From contig CAXXFK010000033.1 in NCBI GenBank assembly GCA_963663965.2, forward strand, positions 224,001 to 288,000: a stretch of DNA of 64,000 nt, in the 5' to 3' direction. A model generated the notes under the pieces. The model was given only the letters and a program-made list of their open reading frames with translations, was not told the origin of the DNA and ran no database searches. The stretch is from Sedimentisphaerales bacterium. GTDB taxonomy: Bacteria > Planctomycetota > Phycisphaerae > Sedimentisphaerales > SM23-30. Positions 49,713 to 60,365 of the stretch are shown in pieces. The position numbers were made by a program, and so were the translations under genes. Position 1 is the stretch's first letter, and the number at the start of each line of letters is the position of its first letter.

Positions 49713-51032
49713 TTATTCGCCTGGCGGAGGAGAGGAACTCTTGTCCTGTTCATCATCCTGAGCCGGTAAATTAATCGGTTCGGATGATAGCAGGTTGGAC
49801 AATTTATCGCTTTTGCGATTACGGGTTCCCAGGCCGCTCAGTTCTCCGGCCAGGACTTGTTGAGCAGCGGTTTTCTGCGGTTGATTTTCACTCAGTAACT
49901 GGGCTTTGTTGTTGCAATAATTAACAATACGCAAGGCCATGGTCAGGTCGATATCCAGCGTTTCAATCAGTGGGTCGGTTCCAATTTCTTCGAGGTCCAT
50001 CACTGAAATAATCCCCATGGCGCAGATTTTATCGATTAACGGATCCGTTATGCCGTCGATTTCCCGCAAGGTATTGACCAGTGTATCCATATTGGAGGCG
50101 AATTCCTGCGGGGTCAGGATGTCAATGTCCCAATCAGTTAACCGGGCGGCCAGCCGGACATTCTGTCCGCGCTTGCCGATTGCCAGCGAGAGCTGATCAT
50201 CATTGACAACGACGGTAGCCCGGTTCAGTTCGAAACAAAGAGCCGTTTCACGAATCTCAGCCGGTCGCAACGCGTTTCCGATGAAGATTTGTGATGATTC
50301 ATTCCAGCGGACAATATCGATTTTTTCGCCGCTGAGTTCATCGACGATATTTTTAATACGGCTGCCGCGTACGCCGACGCATGCGCCCACCGCGTCTACT
50401 TTATTGTCGTGACTGACCACCGCCACTTTGGAACGGTAGCCCGCTTCACGGGAAAGCGCTTTGATTTCGATGATGCCATCGGAGACTTCCGGAACTTCCT
50501 GTTCGAAAAGTTTACGAATGAAATCAGGATGGGTGCGTGACAGGGTGATTTTGATCTGGTTGGGCGATTCCTTCACTTCATAAATTACCGCGCGCACCCG
50601 TTCGCCCGGATGCTGCGATTCACCCGGAATCTGTTCACTTTTTGGTAATATCGCCTCAGTGCGCCCCAGGTTCACTATGGTCACCCCGCCTTCATAGCGC
50701 GCAACGGAACCGGAGACAATTTCACCCACACGATCTTGATACTCGGTAAAGATACTGCCCCGCTCATCTTCCCGGATTTTCTGGATCATGACCTGCTTAA
50801 CCGTTTGAGCAGGAATACGCCCCAGGTCTTTGATGTCGATTTGCTGACCGTTCAGATAAGCGGTGATATCGCCGGAATGTCGATCAATCTGGACAATAAT
50901 ATCCTGATCCTGTCCGAAATGTTTGCGCGCCCCCGATATCATCGCTGATTCTATATCGGTGAAGATACTTTCTTTATCGATGTTCTTATCCTTGGCGATA
51001 CCGTCAATGATTCTAATTAATTCCTGGTTCAT
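49713..51032 (-). CDS. nusA: Transcription termination/antitermination factor NusA
   Basis: LGRIPAQTVKQV, S1, KH motifs GACVGVRGSRI and AIGKRGQNVRLA; ATG 51032. Confidence 0.98.
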   Translation of the reverse strand: MNQELIRIIDGIAKDKNIDKESIFTDIESAMISGARKHFGQDQDIIVQIDRHSGDITAYLNGQQIDIKDLGRIPAQTVKQVMIQKIREDERGSIFTEYQDRVGEIVSGSVARYEGGVTIVNLGRTEAILPKSEQIPGESQHPGERVRAVIYEVKESPNQIKITLSRTHPDFIRKLFEQEVPEVSDGIIEIKALSREAGYRSKVAVVSHDNKVDAVGACVGVRGSRIKNIVDELSGEKIDIVRWNESSQIFIGNALRPAEIRETALCFELNRATVVVNDDQLSLAIGKRGQNVRLAARLTDWDIDILTPQEFASNMDTLVNTLREIDGITDPLIDKICAMGIISVMDLEEIGTDPLIETLDIDLTMALRIVNYCNNKAQLLSENQPQKTAAQQVLAGELSGLGTRNRKSDKLSNLLSSEPINLPAQDDEQDKSSSPPPGE

Positions 51033-51042
51033 TATTCGCTGC

Positions 51043-51200
51043 CTTAAAAAATAAAAAAAGCGGAACAGTGTCAGAACCCACTTCGAATGCCGCTTTTCGT
51101 CAGCCTCCGGGCCATTAAAACCCACAATAATAAGGCTAAAATTTCTCCTGATTGTTGCTGATACACGTTACATAAACAATCCTCTTGCGTGGGTTGTTTT
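51043..51200 (-). promoter_or_regulatory. Attenuator-like leader of the nusA-infB operon
   Basis: Minus strand AAGTGGG..TCCGCTT + long T-run just before nusA, with competing AACCCAC and AAAAGCGG segments upstream. Confidence 0.55.
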
Positions 51201-51959
51201 CGTTCCTCAAGGTCTAACTATATTACAAGCAATACTTAATATAAAAGATATTGCCAGAATTTCAATTAAATACTTGGAAAATTATCGGCGTTTCCTGATA
51301 AAATCTTGGCCAAGGCTCCGTTTTTTGATGCAAATCGATCCGGAATCGATAGTGGTATTTCTTATAAGTATATATATTGCAATAAGATATATCTTGTATG
51401 GTGTCGGATTATGATCCATGCTCGATGTATATTACAGTTGAATGATGCCATCATGGATCGTGGGAATATAATTATAATTTAATATTGTGCCTTGAACCGT
51501 TTAGCCATGATGGGGGGCTGTAATTGATAACGTTCTGTCAAATCGTATAGTTATGATAAATATGGCCTGTTGATTTGAGAGTTTTTAGACGTAAAGAAAC
51601 AAAAAAGGGGAAACAATGATATATGGGCGGCCCAGAGTATGCCAGTATTAAGTCATCAAAGAAAAGTTTTAATTAACTTCCTGAATGAGAACGCACTATT
51701 ATTTTTGGTAGATTCAGGTAAACTGAAATGACTGAAATAGTATACCCATCAATCATTGCGGCTATCAATGACTGAGACTATGTTATGCTATCCGGCTTTT
51801 CAGGAAATCAGGATTATTTCAGACTTATACCCAATGGGTATGAAAATTCCCGATCGCTTGCAAGATAAGTATTTAACCGAGTAAAACTTATATCACGGCC
51901 CAGCAGGCATTACCAATTGTAAGCAGTATACAATCGTACACAATCAGGATCATTCAACG

Positions 51960-53147
51960 ATGCAGTATAGACGATTTGGCAGGACAGAGATCAACCTACC
52001 AGTGATCAGTGTGGGAGGGATGCGTTATCAGACATCCTGGAAACGGGAGGATGCGGTTAAAGCTGAGTCGGTAACCAATCTGCAACAGATTGTCGCCAGG
52101 GCGATGGAGAATGGATTGAATCATTTTGAAACAGCCCATGGCTATGGTACCAGTGAGGAGGAATTGGGACAGGTCCTTCGAGACTATGACAGGGATCAAT
52201 TGATTTTGCAGACCAAAGGGGGTCCCAAAGAAGATGTCCGGGAGTTCTTGAAAAACCTGGAGAGTTCGCTGACATGTTTACAGACAGACCGTCTGGATCT
52301 GTTTGCCGTCCATGGTATCAATAATGACGCCATTATGCAGCAGGCCCTGGTTAAAGGCGGGGTGGTTGAGGCGGCGCTCAAGCTCAAAGAAGAAGGGGTG
52401 ATAGGGCATCTTGGCTTTTCAACCCATGGCCCCCTGGAAACGATCTTACCGACGATTCAAACCGGATTATTTGATTATGTTAATTTATGGTATTTTTATA
52501 TCAACCAGTGGAACTGGCCTGCCATTGAGGCGGCCACCCAACGGGATATGGGTGTTTTTATTATCTCACCCAATGACAAAGGAGGGAAACTTTATGATCC
52601 ACCGCAGAAATGGCGTGATCTGACTGCGCCATTGCATCCGATGGCGTTTAATGATCTGTTTCTTTTGAGTCACCCGCAAATTCATACGCTTTCCTGCGGC
52701 GTGGCGCGGGCTGAAGACTTTGATATCCATTTAGAAGCAGTAAACCAGATGGCTGTCTGGCAGGATGCGATAAAAAAGATACAGGCCCGGCTGGATGCGG
52801 AACTGGCCGGTGTATTGGATGATGACTGGCCGGAACATTATCGAGATGGATTGCCGGCCTGGGAAGCGACTCCCGGTGGATTAAATATCCCGGTGATCTT
52901 GTGGCTTTGGAATCTGGTTCGGGCTTTTGATATGACCGAGTATGCCAGAATGAGATATAATCTAATGGGCAATGCCGAGCATTGGTTTCCGGGCGCCAGA
53001 CCGGATTCTTATGGCTCAGTCGACCGAAACGCTTTACGTCTCGCATTGGAGCGCTCTCCTTATCGTGACCGGATTATGACCATACTGGATGAAGCGCATC
53101 AGATGCTGTATACCGGCGCTATGAAACGATTAAGCGAAAGCGAATGA
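51960..53147 (+). CDS. Aldo/keto reductase family oxidoreductase
   Basis: MQYRRFGRT, NHFETAHGYGTSE, LQTK, AVHGIN, GHLGFSTHG. Confidence 0.92.
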   Translation: MQYRRFGRTEINLPVISVGGMRYQTSWKREDAVKAESVTNLQQIVARAMENGLNHFETAHGYGTSEEELGQVLRDYDRDQLILQTKGGPKEDVREFLKNLESSLTCLQTDRLDLFAVHGINNDAIMQQALVKGGVVEAALKLKEEGVIGHLGFSTHGPLETILPTIQTGLFDYVNLWYFYINQWNWPAIEAATQRDMGVFIISPNDKGGKLYDPPQKWRDLTAPLHPMAFNDLFLLSHPQIHTLSCGVARAEDFDIHLEAVNQMAVWQDAIKKIQARLDAELAGVLDDDWPEHYRDGLPAWEATPGGLNIPVILWLWNLVRAFDMTEYARMRYNLMGNAEHWFPGARPDSYGSVDRNALRLALERSPYRDRIMTILDEAHQMLYTGAMKRLSESE

Positions 53148-53248
53148 CTATCCCATTTGTACTTTTTAGTTCCAGCAAGTATCATCCTGCTGGCATAGTG
53201 ATATCAGGTCCCTGTAGATAATTAAATTTCTAGCCTTCTGGAGATGTT

Positions 53249-54799
<1,551 letters not shown>

Positions 54800-54872
54800 C
54801 GAATATTTTTCAATTTGGCCGGCAAGTTTTTAAATAGCTTATTTTCGTCCAAGGGACCGTAAATAAATAACA

Positions 54873-55010
54873 GCTTCATTTCTCATTTCATCTTGCCGCC
54901 ATTTTCAGCCGCTTCTCCATCGCGAAATCCTCGACATAGCACAGCACTGCCTGCGGTTTCGCTCAATCGGCGCGACTGAATCTGACGACAAGCCGGGCGA
55001 TAAATGCAGC
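54873..55010 (-). repeat. Long imperfect palindrome (REP/MITE-like) between convergent genes
   Basis: Arms CTTGCCGCCA..TTCAGCCGC / GCGACTGAA..TGACGACAAG pair with G-T wobbles on the minus strand; inner GCGAAAT/GTTTCGC. Confidence 0.6.
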
Positions 55011-55016
55011 ATTTAT

Positions 55017-55808
55017 TTATTTTTCAGATTTAATTGCTTTGGCATCTGAACGGCCGAGAAAGCGAATTAAGCCGTCCAGAATCGTCAGTGGATGGGGAGG
55101 GCAGCCGGGTATATAGAGGTCAACCGGCACGACGGTGTCCGCTCCGTTTTTTACCTGTTCATGGTCGATATAGGGGCCGCCTGATATGGCGCAGGCCCCT
55201 ACCGCGATGACAATTTTCGGTTCGGGGACGGCATCGTATGTTTTTTTCAGCGCCAGATACATATTCTGCGTAACCGGTCCTGTAATCAAAAGCCCGTCGG
55301 CATGCCGGGGAGAGGCAACGAACTGGATGCCAAAACGACCCAGGTCCCAGGCCAGGGTATTCAGTACATTGGTATCGGCCTCACACGCATTGCAACCGCC
55401 AGCACTGACCTGACGCAGTTTTAAGGAACGGCCAAACAGTGTCATCAGATTCTTATCCATCACAACATCGTTGCGCCGGACGGACTGATGATTCACCGCA
55501 AGCATCTGTTGACGCTGACGAGCAGCAAGACAATAGTTATCGGAAAATTTAATGCTTTGCTGCGAACAGACTTTGGCGCAATCGGCACAAAAGAGACATT
55601 TGCCCATATCGATGCAGGGTTGATTATCGTTCAACACGATAGCGCCTGTCGGGCAGACCCGGACACAGGCATCGCAATCCGCAGGACACCGGGTCGCGTC
55701 TATCATCGGCCATCCACGGAATCGGTCCGGCAATTTCGGCGGCGGTTCGTCAGGGTACTTGAACGTTTGGTGCCCCTGCTGCAATCGGGCGAGAATTATT
55801 TTAAGCAT
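55017..55808 (-). CDS. Fused 2x[4Fe-4S] ferredoxin and NuoB/HyfI-like small subunit
   Basis: CPADCDACVRVCP, CLFCADCAKVC, SAGGCNACE, SPRHADGLLITG, GAC, IPGCPP. Confidence 0.93.
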   Translation of the reverse strand: MLKIILARLQQGHQTFKYPDEPPPKLPDRFRGWPMIDATRCPADCDACVRVCPTGAIVLNDNQPCIDMGKCLFCADCAKVCSQQSIKFSDNYCLAARQRQQMLAVNHQSVRRNDVVMDKNLMTLFGRSLKLRQVSAGGCNACEADTNVLNTLAWDLGRFGIQFVASPRHADGLLITGPVTQNMYLALKKTYDAVPEPKIVIAVGACAISGGPYIDHEQVKNGADTVVPVDLYIPGCPPHPLTILDGLIRFLGRSDAKAIKSEK

Positions 55809-55849
55809 CGTTTTTCCTTATCTCATGCAAGAGATTCGTCATATAACCA

Positions 55850-57376
55850 TCACAGGTCATGTCCGCAATAGGACAAATTAAAACTCTTATTACACAACGG
55901 AAAGTCTGAAATCTCCTGTCCACGTAAGACATAGGCCAACGCCGGCCAGTTGTGAAACGACGGGTCCACTATTTTATACCGGGCGAAACGGCCCTGTTCA
56001 TTGGTAATGGCGACATGGCAAACCTCCCCGCGCCATCCTTCGTTGAGGGTAACGGCAAAACTTTCGGGGGCAAGGATACCGACGGATGTCAACGGTGACC
56101 CGACGGGGATCGTTTCAACCTGTTCCCGGATGAATTTTATGGATTGCTGAATCTCAAGCCAGCGAACAAATGCCCGGCTAAAAACATCGCCTGTCTCACA
56201 GGTAGAAACGAGGAGATGTGAAAACCGAAAAATACCAGACGGCTGGTCATGCCGGATGTCGCGTACCAGACCCGAAGCGCGAGCTGCCGGACCGACAATA
56301 CCCAGTTCGACGGCAATTTGCCGCGGCAGCAGTCCCGTGTTTTCAAACCGTGCCATCACCGACGGCGTATCCCAGAGCAAATTGACGGCGACAGCGGTAT
56401 CTTTTTCTATCTTATCCAGACGACGCAATAATTCAGATGCCCGGCGGTCATCAATGTCAAAATCGACTCCGCCCGGTCGAATCATTCCCCGGCCAAACCG
56501 GCTGCCGCATAACAGAGCTGTCATATTAAGAAAATCGCCGCGAATACGGCCGCAATAACTAGCAGTAGGCAAAAATCCCACATCATTGGATAATGCTCCC
56601 AGGTCACCGACATGATTGGCCAGGCGCTCCAATTCCAGGGAAACGCCGCGGAGCATCTGGGCACGGGCGGTTTTCTGGCAGCGGGCGAACGCCTCAATCA
56701 ACTGGCAATATGCCATGGTATGAGCAATCGTCGTATCGCCTGCCAAGGTCTGTGCGTAATGGATCGAACGGTTGTCCGGGCCGCCAGTCATCACCTGTTC
56801 CACTCCGCGATGTTGATAGCCCAGTGCGATTTCCAGGTGAAACACCAGTTCGCCGTGACACTGGAAGCGAAAATGGCCCGGCTCAATAATTCCGGCGTGT
56901 ACCGGGCCGACTGCCACCTCATGTACCTCATCACCTTCGACACGGAAAAAGTCGCCCACGGCAGGCTGGATCGGCTGATCCAAGGGCCGGTCCCAGGCAT
57001 CCCGACCCGTTTTTGAGTGATGGTAACGTACGGGCTTGAACCAGGGATGACCAACCGGCTTTAATCCAAACTGCTCGGCAATTTCACGTTCAAACAGGTG
57101 TACCTGCGGGCAATGCGGCGTAAGCGACTCAAATTGATAGCCTTCAATTTGAGTCCGGCCTGCATAAAGCTGATTTTGCTCATCATCAGCCATGACAACG
57201 TAAAGCTGTATGACATCTGGCTGAATGGTTGAATGACCAAACATCGCCGACACACGCCGGCCTGCGGCAACCCCATTAAGGATTGCCTGACGGAAGCCGT
57301 CAAACGCAAGCAACGGGACCGTATCAAGCGGAACAGCCTGACCGTTTGTTAGTTTTGAAAACTGAGAAAAATTCAT
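55850..57376 (-). CDS. HyfG/HycE-like (NuoCD-like) large subunit without NiFe ligands (Ehr type)
   Basis: FEREIAEQFG, VGPVHAGIIEPGHFRF, ELERLANH, EGWRGE, DPSFHNW; L1 site reads QTLAGDTTIAH, L2 site reads NKSFNLSYCGHDL. Confidence 0.92.
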   Translation of the reverse strand: MNFSQFSKLTNGQAVPLDTVPLLAFDGFRQAILNGVAAGRRVSAMFGHSTIQPDVIQLYVVMADDEQNQLYAGRTQIEGYQFESLTPHCPQVHLFEREIAEQFGLKPVGHPWFKPVRYHHSKTGRDAWDRPLDQPIQPAVGDFFRVEGDEVHEVAVGPVHAGIIEPGHFRFQCHGELVFHLEIALGYQHRGVEQVMTGGPDNRSIHYAQTLAGDTTIAHTMAYCQLIEAFARCQKTARAQMLRGVSLELERLANHVGDLGALSNDVGFLPTASYCGRIRGDFLNMTALLCGSRFGRGMIRPGGVDFDIDDRRASELLRRLDKIEKDTAVAVNLLWDTPSVMARFENTGLLPRQIAVELGIVGPAARASGLVRDIRHDQPSGIFRFSHLLVSTCETGDVFSRAFVRWLEIQQSIKFIREQVETIPVGSPLTSVGILAPESFAVTLNEGWRGEVCHVAITNEQGRFARYKIVDPSFHNWPALAYVLRGQEISDFPLCNKSFNLSYCGHDL

Positions 57377-58806
57377 GGACGGCCCTCCAGAAAACGAACC
57401 GCATCATTAAGCAAATTGCTTAACGGGGCAGGAATCGATAAACCAAGCAGTAAAACCAATCCCATCAGAATAACCACGGGCGCGGCGGTCAACAGGCCGT
57501 CGCGATACGGTGTACTGCACGCCTCGGCCGGAACGCTGCCCTGAACAACCTGCAGCACCGTTTTTCCCATACCGATAAAAACAACCAGCAGTAGAAACAG
57601 GAACAGCCCCGCCGTGCAAAACCGCCCCGCATCAAATGCGCCATTGAGAATGGCAAATTCGCTGATAAATGGACCGAACGGAGGTGACCCTGTAATCGCC
57701 AGAAATCCGGCAAGGAATAAAGTTCCTGACAACGGCAGACGACGTATTGCTCCGCGAACCATATCCGTACTCTTGCTGTCATAGGCGCGGTGGATATTGC
57801 CGGATGAAAGGAAAAGCACGCCCTTGGTTAAACCATTTGTCATAATATGAAGTAATGTACCAAACAGAGCTGGACCCCCAATGCCAAGACCTAGTACGAG
57901 AATGCCCATGTGCTCAACGCTGGAGTAGGCGAGCGTCCTCTTGAAATCTCGCTGGTTGACCATAAACAAACCGGCAACCGTCATCGAAAACAGCCCGATA
58001 AATAACAGCAGCCGTGAAATATACGCCTGTTCTCCAGCCGCTAAACAAATCTGATAGATACGCAGAACCGCCAAAAATGCACAACTGGTAACACCGCCGG
58101 CAAATATCGCCCCAATCACACCCGGCACCTCTCCATAAACTTCCGGTTTCCATGTGTGCATGGGCGCCAGCCCCATTTTTGTGCCATAGCCCACCAACAG
58201 CAGAATAAAGGCGGCATGAAGCCAGGGTTTGGACAACAGGGCGGCATTTTGCAGAACATCTTCAAAAGCCAGAGTGGATTCGAGTCCGGCCTGCACCGAT
58301 GCGTACGCAAGAAAAAAAGTCCCCAGCAGCGCCAACGCAATACCCACCGAGCCAATCATCAGATATTTCCAGGTTGCCTCAATACTGCGAGGTGTCCGGT
58401 TGAAGTAAATCAGCGGCGCCGTCACCAGTGTCGTGCCCTCGATAGCCACCCACATCAAACCCAGATGATGCGACCAGACCACGATACTCATGACACCCAG
58501 AAAGCCAAGAAGGCACGCGCAGAAAACACGATTGGAGCGTTCTTTCCGGTATTGCAGGTATCCCACCGTGTAAAATGAACAGAATAAAAACAACGTGCTG
58601 ACAACCAACAGAACGATGCGGCCGGGAGGGTCTAATACAAGCCATTCGGCCGTCATCATCAGGTCCGGACGCGTCAGCACAAACACCGTCGTAGCAAAAA
58701 ATACAACGGCGGTCAGCGGCAAAAGCCAGGGTCGCAGGCGATTGGACGGGACTGCCGCGGCAATCGCCGCCATCAAAAACGGGAAAAATATCATTGCAAA
58801 CGCCAT
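57373..58806 (-). CDS. hyfF: HyfF-like antiporter-type membrane subunit
   Basis: MWVAIEGTT, EATWKYL, GYGTKMGLAPMHTWKP, KRTLAYSSVEHMG. Confidence 0.9.
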   Translation of the reverse strand: MAFAMIFFPFLMAAIAAAVPSNRLRPWLLPLTAVVFFATTVFVLTRPDLMMTAEWLVLDPPGRIVLLVVSTLFLFCSFYTVGYLQYRKERSNRVFCACLLGFLGVMSIVVWSHHLGLMWVAIEGTTLVTAPLIYFNRTPRSIEATWKYLMIGSVGIALALLGTFFLAYASVQAGLESTLAFEDVLQNAALLSKPWLHAAFILLLVGYGTKMGLAPMHTWKPEVYGEVPGVIGAIFAGGVTSCAFLAVLRIYQICLAAGEQAYISRLLLFIGLFSMTVAGLFMVNQRDFKRTLAYSSVEHMGILVLGLGIGGPALFGTLLHIMTNGLTKGVLFLSSGNIHRAYDSKSTDMVRGAIRRLPLSGTLFLAGFLAITGSPPFGPFISEFAILNGAFDAGRFCTAGLFLFLLLVVFIGMGKTVLQVVQGSVPAEACSTPYRDGLLTAAPVVILMGLVLLLGLSIPAPLSNLLNDAVRFLEGRP

Positions 58807-58809
58807 ACA

Positions 58810-59451
58810 TTATTCCTTCAGTGAGACCAGCATACGCGTATCCATCGAGGAGAACGCCTGGTTAATATGATTGATAATAATACAGGTTACGAAAATACCA
58901 ACAAAGAGGTCGAGCATAACCCCCATTTCAACGATGACCGGCATCGCCTCAATCAATAACATACTGAAGATAAAAATACCGTTTTCCAAAATGAGATACC
59001 CGATCACCTGACTGATAGCCTTGTAGCGGGAGATCAGGAAAATAAATCCGACCATAACCGTTGCAATGGAAGTCGGGACAAGCAACGTACCGTAATGCTG
59101 CCCGGCAAGCGGAAGCTGACCCGCAATCAGCAGCGCAAAGGCCGTTGCCATGGCACCAAGAATGATTGACGGCAGATAACCGATCAACGGCTCAATTTCA
59201 CGTTTTATCTGGGCATCACGAAGGGCACGCATCATGATTGAGGGAATAACCGAACCTTTGATGACGATCGCCACAATAATCATCATCGCCACTGGAATCG
59301 TCAAATGTTTATGTGCCAATAATGGAATCACACCCAGCAGTATGCCTTGTGCCGACACCGTACGGATGACCGCTCTAATCCGGCTGGTGCCGAGGGCAAA
59401 CAGGTTCATGACCAGTATGATTACCAGAACCGCATTTAATAAATCCGTCAT
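58810..59451 (-). CDS. hyfE: HyfE-like membrane subunit
   Basis: Polytopic; IKGSVIP, QVIGYLILENGI, VEMGVMLD. Confidence 0.88.
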   Translation of the reverse strand: MTDLLNAVLVIILVMNLFALGTSRIRAVIRTVSAQGILLGVIPLLAHKHLTIPVAMMIIVAIVIKGSVIPSIMMRALRDAQIKREIEPLIGYLPSIILGAMATAFALLIAGQLPLAGQHYGTLLVPTSIATVMVGFIFLISRYKAISQVIGYLILENGIFIFSMLLIEAMPVIVEMGVMLDLFVGIFVTCIIINHINQAFSSMDTRMLVSLKE

Positions 59452-60365
59452 TGACTATACCTCATTAAAAGAATAAAGCCGAATCCGCAAAACAGCAAAG
59501 CCGCTATCAGCAGACCAGGGATATGACACATCCTGAGCCTGGCCATGATGGATTCTACCATGCCTATCACGATTGCCAGCCCCACAATTTCTATCATGAA
59601 CAGCGGCCAATTCATCCATAGGATCCCCGCCTGGAAAGGCAGGACAATGTGCAGCAGAACGGAACCGAGAACAAACAGTTTCATGGATGCAGCATAGAGT
59701 ATGATTCCAAACAGCGGGCCGCTGTGATCAAGGACCATCACCTCGTGAATCATGGTCAGTTCAAGGTGTGTGTTGGGGTCGTCCACGGGAATACGGCTGC
59801 TTTCCGCCAGCAGCACGACAAATAGCCCTATCGAAACCAGAATCAGCGGCGCAACCATCGCCGAGGAGAACCTGCCTGCCGGACCGTGGAGCATGTGAGT
59901 CAGTATCAGTGAGCCAGACAGTCTGGCCAACACAAGAAAAGCGAAGAACAGCGCAGGCTCTGAAAGACAGGCAAACGTCACTTCTCGGGCTGCTCCCATT
60001 CCCTCGAAAGGTGAACCGGTATCCATCGCCGCGGCTGTCGTAAAAAACCGTGCCAGCCCGAAGAGATAAGCAAAAAGAACTAAATCACCCGCAAACGCAA
60101 TCGGCGCGTTAAATCCGCTGATTGGTATGAGCATGCCGGCCAGGAGAACCGCCCCAAGCGTCACAACCGGACCGGCAATAAAAATCCATGTTGTGGTGGT
60201 GCTGATGACCATCCCCTTACGCATCAGTTTAAACAGGTCGTAATAAAGCTGAAGTACAGGCGGGCCATTCCGGCCCGCAAACCACGCTTTCGTTTTGTTA
60301 ATAACCCCCAGTAAAAGCGGTGGCATCATGACCAAAAGTAATATATGAATTATTTTGTCCGTCAT
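59448..60365 (-). CDS. hyfC: HyfC/HycD (NuoH-like) membrane subunit
   Basis: GRNGPPVLQLYYDLFKL, DTGSPFEGMGAARE, ESSRIPVDDPNTHLELTMIHE. Confidence 0.92.
   Translation of the reverse strand: MTDKIIHILLLVMMPPLLLGVINKTKAWFAGRNGPPVLQLYYDLFKLMRKGMVISTTTTWIFIAGPVVTLGAVLLAGMLIPISGFNAPIAFAGDLVLFAYLFGLARFFTTAAAMDTGSPFEGMGAAREVTFACLSEPALFFAFLVLARLSGSLILTHMLHGPAGRFSSAMVAPLILVSIGLFVVLLAESSRIPVDDPNTHLELTMIHEVMVLDHSGPLFGIILYAASMKLFVLGSVLLHIVLPFQAGILWMNWPLFMIEIVGLAIVIGMVESIMARLRMCHIPGLLIAALLFCGFGFILLMRYSQ

Noticed and set aside
51200..51950. 750-bp AT-rich gap between nusA and the aldo/keto reductase as a hidden gene or RNA
   Set aside because: No ORF with coding features and only isolated short inverted repeats; consistent with divergent promoter DNA
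55850..57376. Functional group 4 [NiFe]-hydrogenase or formate hydrogenlyase
   Set aside because: Both NiFe-binding CxxC motifs are absent
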